This document shows, in pieces, positions 38,288 through 51,387 of a DNA stretch of 64,000 bases. The translations under genes were made by a program, and so were the position numbers. Numbering within the stretch: the stretch's first letter is position 1; each line of letters begins with the position of its first letter. This stretch comes from Amphiscolops sp. MND2022. Lineage: Eukaryota. The notes under the pieces are model-generated. The model worked only from the letters and a program-made list of their open reading frames with translations. It did no database searches and had not been told where the DNA came from. Location: positions 34,410,001 through 34,474,000 of the forward strand of contig OZ076419.1 of NCBI GenBank assembly GCA_964187785.1. Reading direction: 5' to 3'.

Positions 38288-39731
38288 AGATGTTTTGATG
38301 CCTACTTGTCGTCACTTTGCGAAAGCTGCAAATCCAAATTGCGGAAACTTGACCAGTGTCTGGAAAACGGAGAAACAAGGTGATGTTTTACAGGAAGAAA
38401 GTAAACAAACTTCTTGCAGCAGATTATCTACAACTGAATCTTCATCACAGAATTGGGATTTTGGATTATCCTGTTTTATAACAACTGAACCCACAAATTT
38501 CCTGCAGAAACATGCATGTCCTCTCACATAAAAAATTCGCTTCTCGAAAAATTTATTTGTGCAGCAAAATTGACAATTCAAAGTAGTTTGATCAGTATTT
38601 TAAAATATCATTGAAATAATTTACACGGTGAAGCAGGAAAAGGGCCAAAAATATATTCAGAAAATATATATGAAAATAAGAACTTTGTAGCTGCGAATAA
38701 AAGGAACAACAACACAAAAGATTGATTTAGTTGTACAACCAATTTATAAATGAGACATTTGTATAGAAGGAGATTTACCCCTGAACATAAGACTGGACAA
38801 AAGATTGCACTGCACGAAAGGTTTCGAATTGGTAGAGAGAACCTCAAGCCTTCGATCGCTACCCAGAAAATTACTGACTTTAACGGTGCTCTAGAAATAC
38901 TATCTTCCATAAATTCGACGAGCTCCCAAGATCACATCAAGAAACGAGCGTCATTTTTATTGAAGCCGCTTTTACACTATTGTAGCAAAACGCTGAATGC
39001 GTTTGAAGCTGCATAAAACATGTTGAAACGAAAACTTAGTAAGAAATATGGCCAATTAAACTAAATGTAATGATTCGCTTATTTTTTGCTTTTTGGTACC
39101 ATAGTGAAGTCACTTTGCGAGCACATTAAAATGAAAACGGTACTGTTTCAATTAACAACAACTTGATCGGAAATAAGACCGAAACACATACAGTCTGGAC
39201 CAATTAAAATTTTGGCTTAACCGATAAATAGTTTTATATAACCAAAGAAAGGAATAACATTGTTGCGATGAATCGTTTAACTGAAATTCAATCGAATTGC
39301 ATCACAAGTAGCTTCCGCAGATTTTCAATTTGACCAAAATATACGTCTGAACCAGCTCTGGTAGCCTTTAATTGTTTCAGTTTGATTTTGAGAACTATGT
39401 AGAGAGCATCCGTTCATCAATTGGGCTTGGGTCTAGCTGTCAACTAATTTTTAGCTTCAACCCGTTAAAATTTTTCAAACGATTAAGAATTTACAAAACC
39501 GGTTATTCGTTTAATCGGTTAACTGGTCCAGACTCTAAATTTAGCACATTGTGATTCCCTTACAGAGAATTAACCTCATCATTTCAACATATACCAGAAA
39601 TAAAACTATTCCATCTCATAAATGGTAGAATTATGGTGAAAAAATCTCAAAACTGCAACAAAAACAAAACAACGAGTATAACGGTAATAAAACCAACAAA
39701 TCTTTTCAAGTCAGCCGATTTTGGTGGTGAC

Positions 39732-40301
39732 TTAAACCACAGGTGAAATAGTGCCTGCCGAAAAATCGATTTCGGATTGCCTCCGTTTTTTACTAGGCGA
39801 GTTTTTCACGGGTGACAGATTCGCTAAATTCGAGTTTTCATCGAACGCCGCCGCCGGCGAGGGCGAATCGGCGCTCTCTTTCTCAGCCTGCACCTTTCGT
39901 TTCTGATTGGTAGTGTTTGCGGAATTGGTAGAAAATACGTGCTTCCTCAGAAACGTTTCAGCAGCTACAACTTCAGGCCCTGCCATCTGCAAATGTTGCT
40001 GGCGCTCATCTCGCTGTCGATTGCATCTGGAGACGTATTCTTGTTGTCGTACAGTCGGCATGTTTTTCCACAAAGCCGCCACTTCCTTCATTTTTTGCTG
40101 CAGATTCGTGTTCTCGTCCTTTTGGGTACCACTGAGCACTTCGGAAACATAGAGCCCGTACCCGCTAAAAGGGAGTTTGTCGAAGCCGTTGTGATGCAGG
40201 AATAGCTCAAGGTCCTTTTTCGTCAAGCTCACGAATGGCGGGGGAATTTCAATGCTTTTGTCATTCAGAGTTTTCAGCTCCTGTTGGAATCGAAGATCGT
40301 C
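39732..40301 (-). CDS. UBTF: UBF/UBTF-like HMG-box protein, last exon
   Basis: tttcag|DDLRFQQEL...LTKKDLELFLHHNGFDKLPFSGYGLYVSEV...AALWKNMPTVRQQEYVSRC resembles the UBF linker plus HMG box (LTKAERQLKDKFDG...NSYSLYCAEL, recalled). Confidence 0.7.
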   Translation of the reverse strand, partial: DDLRFQQELKTLNDKSIEIPPPFVSLTKKDLELFLHHNGFDKLPFSGYGLYVSEVLSGTQKDENTNLQQKMKEVAALWKNMPTVRQQEYVSRCNRQRDERQQHLQMAGPEVVAAETFLRKHVFSTNSANTTNQKRKVQAEKESADSPSPAAAFDENSNLANLSPVKNSPSKKRRQSEIDFSAGTISPVV

Positions 40302-40657
40302 CTGAAACATGTCGAAATAGAAGACTCCCAGAAAAGGAAATTTCCAATCAATTGGCCATTTTGACAAGCCCCCTCTGTAACCTGGGCCATACATACGTAG
40401 ACCATTACCTTTTTGGTTTCGAGGCGCACGGTCCATTTATTATATCAATTGGCTATAAAATTTTCTTCATCATAGAAAATGTGTACCTTCTAGTAGAAAA
40501 TACCAAGAACTGACATTGAATGACACGTCATTTGAGTATCCTACTGGATTGTATTCATGTTTGAAATGAACGATTCAGTTTATGGAAACATTTTGGAAAA
40601 TGTAACGAATGTACCCATTATATTCCTGATTCGTCCATCAAATGTTAATTTTAGTTT

Positions 40658-41222
40658 AAACAAGCCGGGAACGGCCCAAGTCGGCGCCATATCTAAGGCT
40701 CAAAAATAGCAAAAGGACTTCAAAGTGTCAAGTATTCTCTTCTACAGTACCCGCGTGAGGAAAAATTTAGAAAAATCCGAATTTTTTTGAATTTTTTTTT
40801 CGAAATTTTTTGGTCTCCGGTAAGTCGCATAGTGCCAAAAAATTGTAAAAGGGGCCCTTTGGGAGGTTTTGAACATCCATTCTTATGCAAAATAGAAAAA
40901 AAAATGAAGGGTGGACCCTTTGGAGACATTAAAAAAATTTGCGAAAAAAGTCTCACAAAGCCGAAAAAAACCTGCACAAAAAAATTTGATCAAGGACAGG
41001 ACTCGAACCCACGTCCTTCTGCTTGGCAGACCTCAAAAAGCTTAATTAACCTCTATGCCAAGTGCCAGCAGTGATAGCTAGCGTTGCGGTTACTGTTAGT
41101 GCAGTTACTGTAAGTCAGCTCAGCTATTTATAACTCTTTATAAAATCTGTCAGTTCGTTGGTCTTGAAAAAAAAGTCACTACTATAGTCTGCGTTTTTCT
41201 TCGAAAAGCGCCGACTAAAAAT
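40658..41222 (-). mobile_element. HINE family 1 copy
   Basis: Same termini as the 6089 copy; A/B-box module at ~40996-41062. Confidence 0.75.
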
Positions 41223-41545
41223 TATTTGATCATCACGATTGTTCACAGGATACCTTCATGAAATAAAATTTTGCAATATTTTAAGTGCGAACAAGCTAAA
41301 AACGGTTTAAGACCCCGCTCAATGTCAACAAAATCCAAATCGCATTAAAATATTGGCAGTACTGAGCTTAAAGCAACTTTCAGAAATAGGTTTATTCAAG
41401 TACAAATTCATTTTTGATCAATACAGTTGACGGGCCTGCAAACAATTTTCGTTAAAAATCAGCAGCATTTGAATAAAAGTTGCGCAAATGACCTGCGTAC
41501 TAACTGCGTAATAATAAAAGTGCGCAAATGAGCCCAAGTACTAAC

Positions 41546-41686
41546 CCGAATGGCAAGCTTGATGTACTTGACCTTCTTCTCAGGCTTGAGGTTGGCGTAC
41601 TTCTCCTTCCACTGCAGCTTGGATATGCTAGATTCGTCAGCCTCAGTGCGCTCACACGTCTTGGAAATGAAGATCTGCAGGGGACC
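41546..41686 (-). CDS. UBTF: UBF-like gene, exon 3 (degenerate HMG box)
   Basis: atcag|GPLQIFISK...WKEKYANLKPEKKVKYIKLAIR|gttagt; 141 nt, phase 0/0. Confidence 0.7.
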
Positions 41687-42538
41687 CTGATAATATCGAC
41701 ATAATACATCATAGGGGGCAGCATGATGACTCAAGTGAGGTACAAATGAAAAAGCCACAGAACCCAGATCTTACACATCGTGGAACCCAAAAGGATTTCA
41801 TACATGGTGAAACCATATATGGAAACTCATGGAAAGCACGGTTCCCTTTACAGGAGACCACGTTAAATTGCACTGACTATATGGTTTCATAAAAGGAAGT
41901 CTATGATTTGCTTTGTGGAAGCAGGGGATATCAAATGCATGAAGATCACAAGGATGTTTTGAAAGGTATGCGGAAAAGTGGTTGAATACAACTCGTCGAA
42001 ATTGAAGGCGGAAATCTGATTGAAAATTAAGACGTCGATTATTAATTAAGAGCAAACTTGTCAAGTTGCTTTTCGACGAGCTTTCCGCCTTGTAATTCCG
42101 ACAAGTTGTTTTCGGCAAGTTATTTTTCACGAGTTTTCCTAGATTCGTCTTGAAAAAGCAAATATTAACAAACAATGAATGGCCAGGGTGTCGTTGCGAA
42201 GAAACGTAATGGTCATCAAACAATTAATACAATACCAAAATTTGGACCATATCCTTTTCCCCCTAAAGTTAGTGATGATAATTTTTTTCATTATCGGATA
42301 GATAAATTTATTTTTTAATTCACATATATCGAAATACTTGCTTAATTTTATTTCCTAATCGTCATGTATATTCTCCTCAAAAAGTCGACCAGTTTCAGCT
42401 CAATGCCTCAATTTTCAATTATTTTGATGTGATAGTACTTAACTATGCAAAAGCATGTTTGAGTGTTGGCACCTGAGGGGGAGAGATGGATGGTGGCAAT
42501 GCATTCATGGTCTTCTTGTTGCTGGCCGCGCCAGATAC

Positions 42539-42614
42539 CTTGGAGCCTTGAGAGACGGACTTCAGGGGTCCCACTTGGCTAGTCTCGTCCAAAGTGTCAG
42601 AGTCGAACTTGTAA
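42539..42614 (-). CDS. UBTF: UBF-like gene, exon 2 (linker)
   Basis: ttttag|T YKFDSDTLDETSQVGPLKSVSQGSK|gtatct; phases match exons 1 and 3; GC-richer than flanks. The 3' end could extend to ~42473. Confidence 0.55.
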
Positions 42615-42774
42615 CTAAAAGACGGGCAGAAAAGTTACACAGAGGCAAAGCCGTGCTTCGCAAACACTCGCGAAGAAAGTTGCGAACTTTTGGAGAGAAA
42701 ACCAAATAAGCAATATCATATGTAGAACTAAGGGTTAAGGAGTCGGGCAATTTTTCTACTACTTGATCAATTTA

Positions 42775-43438
42775 AAACAAACCGTTAACGGCGCAAATCG
42801 GCGCCCCGCTCAAGTTTCAAAATACCAAAATCCTTAAATATGTAAAGGACACTATTGTTAAAATTCGAAATACTTTTCGATTAAGGTGAAGGTCTCCAGT
42901 AAGCCGAAAACCCTAAGGAGTCCTCTATACTCGCAAAACGTTTCATTTCTAGTATAAATCGAGGGGGGCTTCGATAAAAACAAATTAGGAAAAAGTCGCA
43001 TAGAAAAAACACCGCTCTTGGAAAAACGAAATTCGAAAAAGACAAAAAATAGAAAAGACAAAAATAATCATTTTCAAAAATCTCACAATGCCGCAACTTG
43101 TAAAAGGGGGAGGACCCTTGGGGCTTTTTTAAAATCCAATTTGTTGCAAATTATCAAAAATTGAAGGGGGACCCTTTCGACCCATTAAAAAATTTTCGAA
43201 AAAAGTCACAAAGCCAAAACATACATAAAAAAGTTTGGTCACGTACGAGACTCGAACCCACGTCCTTCTGAATCTCAGACCTCAAAAAACCCGCATCAAC
43301 ATCTTTGCCAAAAGGTAGAAATACAAGTTACTAACCAATAGCTTATAAAATAAAACCAGACAGTTCGTTGGTGTTAAAAAATTTTAAAAGTCACTACAAC
43401 AGTCTGCTCTTTCTACGAATTCCCCGATTTAAAAAAAA
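42775..43438 (-). mobile_element. HINE family 1, diverged copy
   Basis: Hairpin ccg-ttaa-cgg, subTIR atcggcgcc, tRNA-like module ~43240-43320, end cccgattt. Confidence 0.6.
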
Positions 43439-43699
43439 CGTACGATATCTAGTACTCTTTTGGAAAACCTTTCCCTCGGCTATAAAAATCAAAAGCGAAA
43501 TGAATATAAAATTTCACGACGATATAAATCACTTCTCGTTATGAGCCATCAAAGGAACCACGATGAAAATAGTTAAGCTCAGGGGTGGTAACTAGTTTAA
43601 AAATCACAGTGCCAAAAAGTAGGACCCTTCAAAGTTTGTGCTCGAAAAAAACCTTTCGTAGCAAGGCGCATAAAACACCAAAGGTGGAGACTCCTTGGT

Positions 43700-44298
43700 T
43701 AAACAAGACGGGAACGTCTGAAGTCGGCGCCATATCCAAGGCTCAAAAAGCGCAAAGTTTTTAAAATTGTAGAAGGGGGGACTCTTTGGGCTTTTTGAAA
43801 ATTCAGTTTTTTGCAAAATATCAAAAAAATGAAGGAGCGACCCTTCGGAGACATTGAAAAATTTCAAAAAAATTAAAATTTTCCAAAACAAAACGAAAAA
43901 TGAGAATTTTTAACAGTCTGATAGTGCCGAAAAATGTAAAAGTGGGCCCTTTAGGCTTTTTCAACATCCATTCAGGTGCAAAACACCAAAAAATAGAAGG
44001 GGGACTCTTTGAAGACTTTAAAAAATTTCGAAAAAAATCTCACAAAGCCGAAAAAGGGGCGGGGAAAGTCTCATAGCGCCGAAAAATTGGAAGGGGGGAC
44101 CCTTCTGGGTTTTGCATTTCAAGGTAGAGGCCTTTGGAGGCGTTCAAAATCAAGAACTGAGTACTTTTGGTAAAAGGGAATCTTTCACAAAAAGTGGTAC
44201 ATACGCGATGAGTGAAAAGTCTGACGAAAAAAAAAAGAAAACAAAGTAGCCACTGTAATAGTCGGGCTCTTTTCACTAGAAAAGCGCCGACTAAAAAG
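43700..44298 (-). mobile_element. HINE family 1 copy
   Basis: aaacaag GACG-GGAA-CGTC tgaagtcggcgcc ... aaagcgccgactaaaaa. Confidence 0.7.
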
Positions 44299-44399
44299 GG
44301 CACAGTGTCGACAAAATCCAAAGGGGCCAGTATGGACTCATACAGCTTTGTCATTCAAGTGAAAATATAAAGAAAATTGGACACTAGTGGGAATGGAAC

Positions 44400-47300
44400 T
44401 TTGTCATGTTGCTCCGGAAGCTAATGCTCTAACCACCAGGCCAAATACAATATCGGCCGCCCGATCCAATTTGTCGTATTAGAGTTTGTCTTGGATAAAA
44501 GAGGGGCCGTAATTTTTGGGCGACTTTAGCCTTAAGACGCAAGCTAAAAAATGACTGTAGAAATGGGTCAATTTTGTTCCTAACTGAAAGCGCCGGCTGA
44601 AAACATTTAAGGACATTCAGGAAATGTATCTCAAACGAAAGGTTGGAACAAAATTAGACATTTCAAACTTATTGAAGCTTTCAAGAATTAGGTCACCAAC
44701 TGCCATCGAAAAAGCTCAATAATAAACAAAATACCTCTACTTAATGAAAATGATACCAAACATGAGCACAGAATCAGTTCTGTTTTTCATCAAGTTATCA
44801 GCTTAACGAGATTATCAACATCACATGATCAAGAGTAGACTGTAAGTCCTGCAAGATTGAAATTCTCGGAACTCGATATTTCAGTTTGGTTTCAGTATAT
44901 CTGGGGATTCAGGGAACTAATTTAGAAAATCGATGCCTTCGGGGCTCAGCAATAATTCTACAATCGCAAAAAATTCTCACCAAGCTATCATTTTCGAATG
45001 CAATATTCCTTCTAAAAACGTCCAAAGCAAACCTTTCAATGCCAGAGATCAGAAACACGCATATTACGTAAAAAAACGTACGCATCAAGTTATATGTGAC
45101 TAAACCAAACACTGTTGAAAAAATCATAGAAGGATCAGATCGTGTAAGTTTCATAGACATCAAGACCTCCGCCATCATCCAATGATCGCAAGAAAAACTC
45201 CCGCAGTTCATCAAATGAAGGAAAGATCTCTCGCTCAAACAAATGCCTCAAGTCATCATTATTCAGCATTTAATGTATCAGAAACTCCACCAGACAAACA
45301 TTTCTGATCAATGAAATTTAGGAAGGATCGAATTAGAAGAGCAGAAAATAGCCAGAAAGGTCAACTGAATACGAAAACAGAAGCTTCATGCAATTCGGGG
45401 ACAAGTAGTAGGATCACGTTGACATCAGGTAAAAAATATATATCATATGAAGGTCTCTATGTCATTGAAACTCTAGAACAGAGTTCAGCAACAATTGAGT
45501 CCTTTTCAACCCAAATGCCGAATCATCATGAAACATGTTCCAGACAACTCCAAATAGACATCACTTGATAACAACACGAAGCTTTTTTAGATCCACTCCA
45601 CCAACGAAGTCACTACAATCTTTAACCAATGCAAAACCGAACAGAAATACTTGTCACTATCATCACAAACCGAGACTTCCAATAATATCAGCGCGATAAT
45701 AAATCAGTACTTTGATGCATCAGTTGTTCAGGAATACGAGATCTCCATCACAAGAATAGTATGATTGAGAAGGTTCATACAAAAATACCTCCTGCTAATG
45801 ATAGATGATACAAAACATAAGCGCAGAATCAGTTGTGTCTTTCATCAAGTGATCAGCTTAACGAGATTATCAACATCACATGATCAGAACTAGAGACAAG
45901 TCCCACAAAATTGAAAACTTCAGAACTCGGTTTTTCAGTTTGGTTTCTATATCTGGGGATGTAATTTAGAGAACATCAAGACCTCCGCCATCATCCAATG
46001 ATCGCAAGAAAAACTCCCGCAGTTCATCAAATGAAGGAAAGATCTCTCGCTCAAACAAATGCCTCAAGTCATCATTATTCAGCATGGAATGTATCAGAAA
46101 CTCCACCAGACAAACATTTCTGATCAGTGAAACTGAAATGACCGAATTAGAAAAGCGCAGAAACTAGCCAGAAAGATCACTTGACCACGAAAACAGAAAA
46201 ACAGTATCACAAGAAGGTCTCTGTCTAGTTCAGCAACAATTGAATCCTAAACCAAAATCCCGAATCATCATAAAACATGTTCCAGGCAATTCCAAATAAG
46301 CAGCACTTGATAACACGAAGTATTGTTAGACTCATTCCACCAACAAGTCGCTAGAATCTATAACCACCGCAAAACAAAAAAACTCGACAATTACAACAAA
46401 GCAAGACTTTCAAGGAGATCAGCGCGAAAATGAATCAGTACTTTGATGTATCAGTAGATTAGGTATCCGAGATCTCCATCATCAGTCGGAACGAAAAAAA
46501 AACACACACGTCAGAAATATTGAGGGATTCGAAAGTTAACGCTCTAGCTACCAGGCCAACGGCAATATCGGCCGCCCCATTCAATTCATCGTATTAGCGA
46601 TTGTCTTTCTTAAATAAAAAAGGGACTGTAATTTTCAGGCAATTACAGTCTCAAGTAGAGGCTGACTAAAAATTGACAGTAGTAGGAGGCCAATTTTATT
46701 CTCAACGGAAAACGCCCACTGAAAACATTTAAAGACATTTAGAAAAGGTATATTACACGGAATGTTGAATCAAGAATAAGACATTTCAAAGTTATTGATG
46801 CTTTCGCAAATTAGGTCGCCAACTGCCAAAGAACAACGCCAAAAATGAACGAAAATACCTCCACTAATGATACAAAACGAAAACGAAATCAGATCTTTCT
46901 TTCATCATTTGATCAGCTTAACGAGATTATCAACATCACAAGGTTGAAATGAAACGTTGTCTTTTGAGATTGAAATTTTCGTAACCCGGTAGTTCAATTT
47001 GGTTTCTACATGTAGGGATGTTATTGAAAAACAGATTTAGAGAATCGGTGCATATCAGAAAAACGAAGTATCATATGAAGGTCTCTATGTCATTGAAACT
47101 CTAAAACAGAGTTCAGCGACAATTGAGTCCTTTTCAACCCAAATGCCGAATCATCATGAAACATGTTCCAGACAACTCCAAATAGACATCACTTGATAAC
47201 AACACGAAGCTTTTTTAGACCCACTCCACCAACGAAGTCACTACAATCTTTAACCAATGCAAAACCGAACAGAAATACTTGTCACTATCATCACAAACCG

Positions 47301-49260
47301 AGACTTCCAATAATATCAGCGCGATAATAAATCAGTACTTTGATGCATCAGTTGTTCAGGAATCCGAGATCTCCATAACAACAATAGTATGATTGAGAAC
47401 ATTCACAAAGACTCATTCCACCAACAAGTCGCTAGAATCTATAACCACCGCAAAACAAAAAACTCGACAATTACAACATAGCAAGACTTTCAAGGAGATC
47501 AGCGCGAAAATGAATCAGTACTTTGATGTATCAGTAGATTAGGTATCCGAGATCTCCATCATCAGTCGGAACGAAAAAAAACACACACGTCAGAAATATT
47601 GAGGGATTCGAAAGTTAACGCTCTAGCTACCAGGCCAACGGCAATATCGGCCGCCCCATTCAATTCATCGTATTAGCGATTGTCTTTCTTAAATAAAAAA
47701 GGGACTGTAATTTTCAGGCAATTATAGTCTCAAGTAGAGGCTGACTAAAAATTGACAGTAGTAATAGGAGGCCAATTTTATTCTCAACGGAAAACGCCCA
47801 CTGAAAACATTTAAAGACATTTAGAAAAGGTATATTACACGGAATGTTGAATCAAAAATAAGACATTTCAAAGTTATTGATGCTTTCGCAAATTAGGTCG
47901 CCAACTGCCAAAGAACAACGCCAAAAATGAACGAAAATACCTCCACTAATGATACAAAACGAATACGAAATCAGATCTTTCTTTCATCATTTGATCAGCT
48001 TAACGAGATTATCAACATCACAAGGTTGAAATGAAACGTTGTCTTTTGAGATTGAAATTTTCGTAACCCGGTAGTTCAATTTGGTTTCTACATGTAGGGA
48101 TGTTATTGAAAAACAGATTTAGAGAATCGGTGCATATCAGAAAAACGAAGTATCATATGAAGGTCTCTATGTCATTGAAACTCTAAAACAGAGTTCAGCA
48201 ACAATTGAGTCCTTTTCAACCCAAATGCCGAATCATCATGAGACATGTTCCAGACAACTCCAAATCGACATCACTTGATAACAACACGAAGCTTTCTTAG
48301 ACCCACTCCTCCAACGAAGTTACTACAATCGTAACCAATGCAAAACCGAACAGAAAAACTTCTCACAATCATCACAAAGCGAGACTTCCAATAATATCAG
48401 CGCGATAATAAATCAGTACTTTGATGCATCAGTTGTTCAGGAATCCGAGATCTCCATCCCAAGAATAGTATGACTGAGAACATTCACAGAGATCAAAACC
48501 AGGAGCGAAGTTTTTTACAGATTCAATATCAATGCCTCAGAACTAGGGCCCATGTTAAAAGATCATCGATGAAACAAGATCGTGTACTTTTTCTCGTGAT
48601 CTCAGTGAAATTGAGAAAAGATCGAATTAGAAAAAAGCAGAAACTAGCCAGAGAGATCAACTGACAACGAAAGCTTCATGCAGTTCAGGGACAAGTGATT
48701 GGTTCAAGTTGACAGGTTCAGAAAAACGGAGTATCATATGAAGGTCTCTATGTCATTGAAACTCTAAAACAGAGTCAAGCAACAATTGAGTCCTTTTCAA
48801 CCCAAATGCCGATCATCATGAGACATGTTCCAGACAACTCCAAATCGACATCACTTGATAACAACACGAACCTCTTTTAGACCCACTCCACCAACGAAGT
48901 TACTACAATCGTAACCAATGCAAAACCGAACAGAAAAACTTCCCAAGGATATCGGCGCGAAAATCAGTATTTTGCTGTATCAGTTGTTCAGGTATCTGAG
49001 ATCTCCATCACAAAAAATAGTCTGAACGAGAAAGCATGCACAGGTTAGAAGTATGCACGAGTTTTTGCAATGTGCAAAGTTTTTGTTAGATTGAACTTCA
49101 AAATCACAGAACCAGACATGATTTAAGAGATCAGAGCATTTACTTTTTCATCTATATCGAGACGTTGACCATCATCCAATAAACTCCAGCATCTCATCAA
49201 ATGAAGGAGAGATCTCTCGCTCAAGCAAATGCCTCAATTCATCATTAGTGTGATTGGGAA
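44400..49260. repeat. Mosaic tandem array with ~1.06-kb periodicity in UBF-like intron 1
   Basis: atcagcttaacgagattatcaacatcac at ~44795, 45853, 46913 and 47995; 46328-47408 nearly identical to 47409-48490; a ~310-bp module at ~45440, 47070, 48150 and 48730. Confidence 0.9.
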
Positions 49261-49363
49261 ACCAATAGCAACCTCGTGAAATATTTCCTGCGTCATTACA
49301 CTTCATCCGATGTAGTTTCGATTCAGGTCTTTTTGACTTTCAACTTTCTGACCATTTGATTCC

Positions 49364-49773
49364 ATTTTTAATCGGCGCTTTCTCAAAGAAAAGAGTCCAC
49401 TATAGTCATGGCTTTTCGTCAGTGTTTTTTCGAAACACCTCAAGTAACCAAAATAGTTCTACCAAAAGTTATACAAAATTTTAAATTGTACCTGTTGGCC
49501 TAGGGAAGTGAACCAAAAAGGTTATTTTTATTCTGCGTAACATACAACACCGGGCGAGACTAAAGGGTCCCCCTTTTCCTTCTTCGAATTCAATTTCAAT
49601 TTTTTTGATGATTTGCGACAGAATTGATGAAAAATCTCAAAGCGTCCCCCCTGGCGCGCCAACTCGGTCCAACTTTTGGGTGCTGTAGAAGAGAATACTT
49701 TGACACTTTGAAGTCCTTTTGCTATTTTTGAGCTTTAGATATGGTGCCGATTGGGACGGTCCCGGCTTGTTTA
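49364..49773 (+). mobile_element. HINE family 1, internally deleted plus-strand copy
   Basis: ttttaatcggcgc ... ggtgccgattgggacggtcccggcttgttt. Confidence 0.65.
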
Positions 49774-50012
49774 AAATAATTTCCATCAGAATTATCTGCA
49801 ATCAACCAAGCCACGCTTGTACATCCAATTCAACAAGATCAACATCATTCGAAACTGCCGTTGCGTAATAAGAATTGAATTTTTAAAAAATGACACAAAT
49901 TTTCACAAGCTTGTGTTTAAAAAAATTCAGCAGTGTTTTTATAAAATTCCGTTTCAAGGACGCAATTAATGTTTCATCATTTTTTGGAAAACAGTTTCTC
50001 AAGCCAACTTAC

Positions 50013-50275
50013 TCGACGTGTTTTGAAGGCTGCAAGCGCGACTCAGCAAGCGACAGAATCTCATGCGCATTTCTATGCGGACTGATTTCGAGGATGTAGG
50101 CTGCAAACGCGTTTCTGCACTCCTGGGCCGAGCGACGACAGTCGACAGAAACTGAGTTCCAGTCTATCTTCTTAAAGTCCATGCAGGCTGTGGTCTCGGA
50201 GCCTGGGTTGAAGCTTCGTTTCAGTATCTGCAGCATGTGAAGCAGTTCTTGGTTGGAGAATTCAGATGACATCAT
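50013..50275 (-). CDS. UBTF: UBF-like gene, exon 1 (N-terminal dimerisation-like domain)
   Basis: MMSSEFSNQELLHMLQILK...KIDWNSVSV...RSAQECRNAF...ISPHRNAHEILSLAE parallels the UBF N-terminus (WSQEDMLTLLE...MDWEKVAF...SGDMCK...VRKFRTLTELILDA, recalled); donor GA|gtaagt. Confidence 0.7.
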
Positions 50276-50872
50276 CTCTGAAATATGACTGCATTTCAAG
50301 GTAAAACCAATACAATGATCAACACTCGTTCACTTCATCTCAATTCAAGCGATGCCTCGCTGCTACGAGAATTAAATAAACTAGCTAAGACGTGGAGTAG
50401 TGCTGCATCGCTGCAACCAGAATTGTTGACCAAAACGAGACGACACAAGTCTGGAAAAATATAATATTTCAGCTTACGAAGAAATTGTAACAAGAGAGCG
50501 TGAATGATTCAAGCAACCACTATTTTGTTTCTACCTGATGTTTCTATTTCTGAGACATTGTTTCCACAGAAAAACCGACAAAACCTCAATTTTGCAAAAT
50601 ACATCTTTGCACGCTTCGTACGAAAAGCTCGAATATTCCCGGATTGATGCTTAGTATTGGTTCACTATATATTCAAATCGAATCTACTATTCACATATCA
50701 ACAGACGTACAAGCATTGAACATGTTGGTTACCGCGTAGTTGTTCCTAATTCCGATTATCATTATCTTAGTTAATTGATCAAAACTGCCTCAAATAGATC
50801 GATATAATTTGATCGTGCTATAATTTGGTTACATGACATGGGATGTGAGACGTTGATGACATGGGATGTGCG

Positions 50873-51387
50873 CAGGGATGCCAAAATATATATTGCAATA
50901 GTATTTTAACAAAAAATAAATAGATGAGAATGACATGCAACATGAAATAAATACTTATTATTGCACGTTTCAAAAAATAAATAACACAATTATTGCTAAA
51001 TTTCAAAAAATATCGAAGAATAAAAACGAATAATGAAAAGCCTAGACAATTTCACAAATAGAGGTCAAATCCCAGAATTATTTGTTCAATAAAAGAAAGC
51101 AATTTTCCTCCAGGTCATTTACAACTCATTTATATACTCGAATTTGATTGACTTCTTTGAATTTTGATCAACTCAAAAGAATGAAGTTGTGATCACGTGA
51201 CTAGACGTTCATAAATTAACACAACTTGATTAATCTAGTGCATGAAATATATTTTTGGCTTGCAATAAATAATCAATATTTTATAACCTAAAAAATAAAT
51301 AATTGATATGGTGTGATTCAAAAAATGAAATATTTTTGATTATTTATTGCAATTATTTCAAAAGCAATATATTTTTTGGCATCCCTG
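50873..51387. mobile_element. hAT-type MITE
   Basis: TIR CAGGGATGCCAAAA / TTTTGGCATCCCTG; TSD GATGTGCG / GATATGCG (7 of 8). Confidence 0.85.

Noticed and set aside
41798-42223. 141-aa minus-strand ORF as a missing UBF HMG exon
   Set aside because: No HMG pattern, no compatible splice sites, and it contains an internal inverted repeat.
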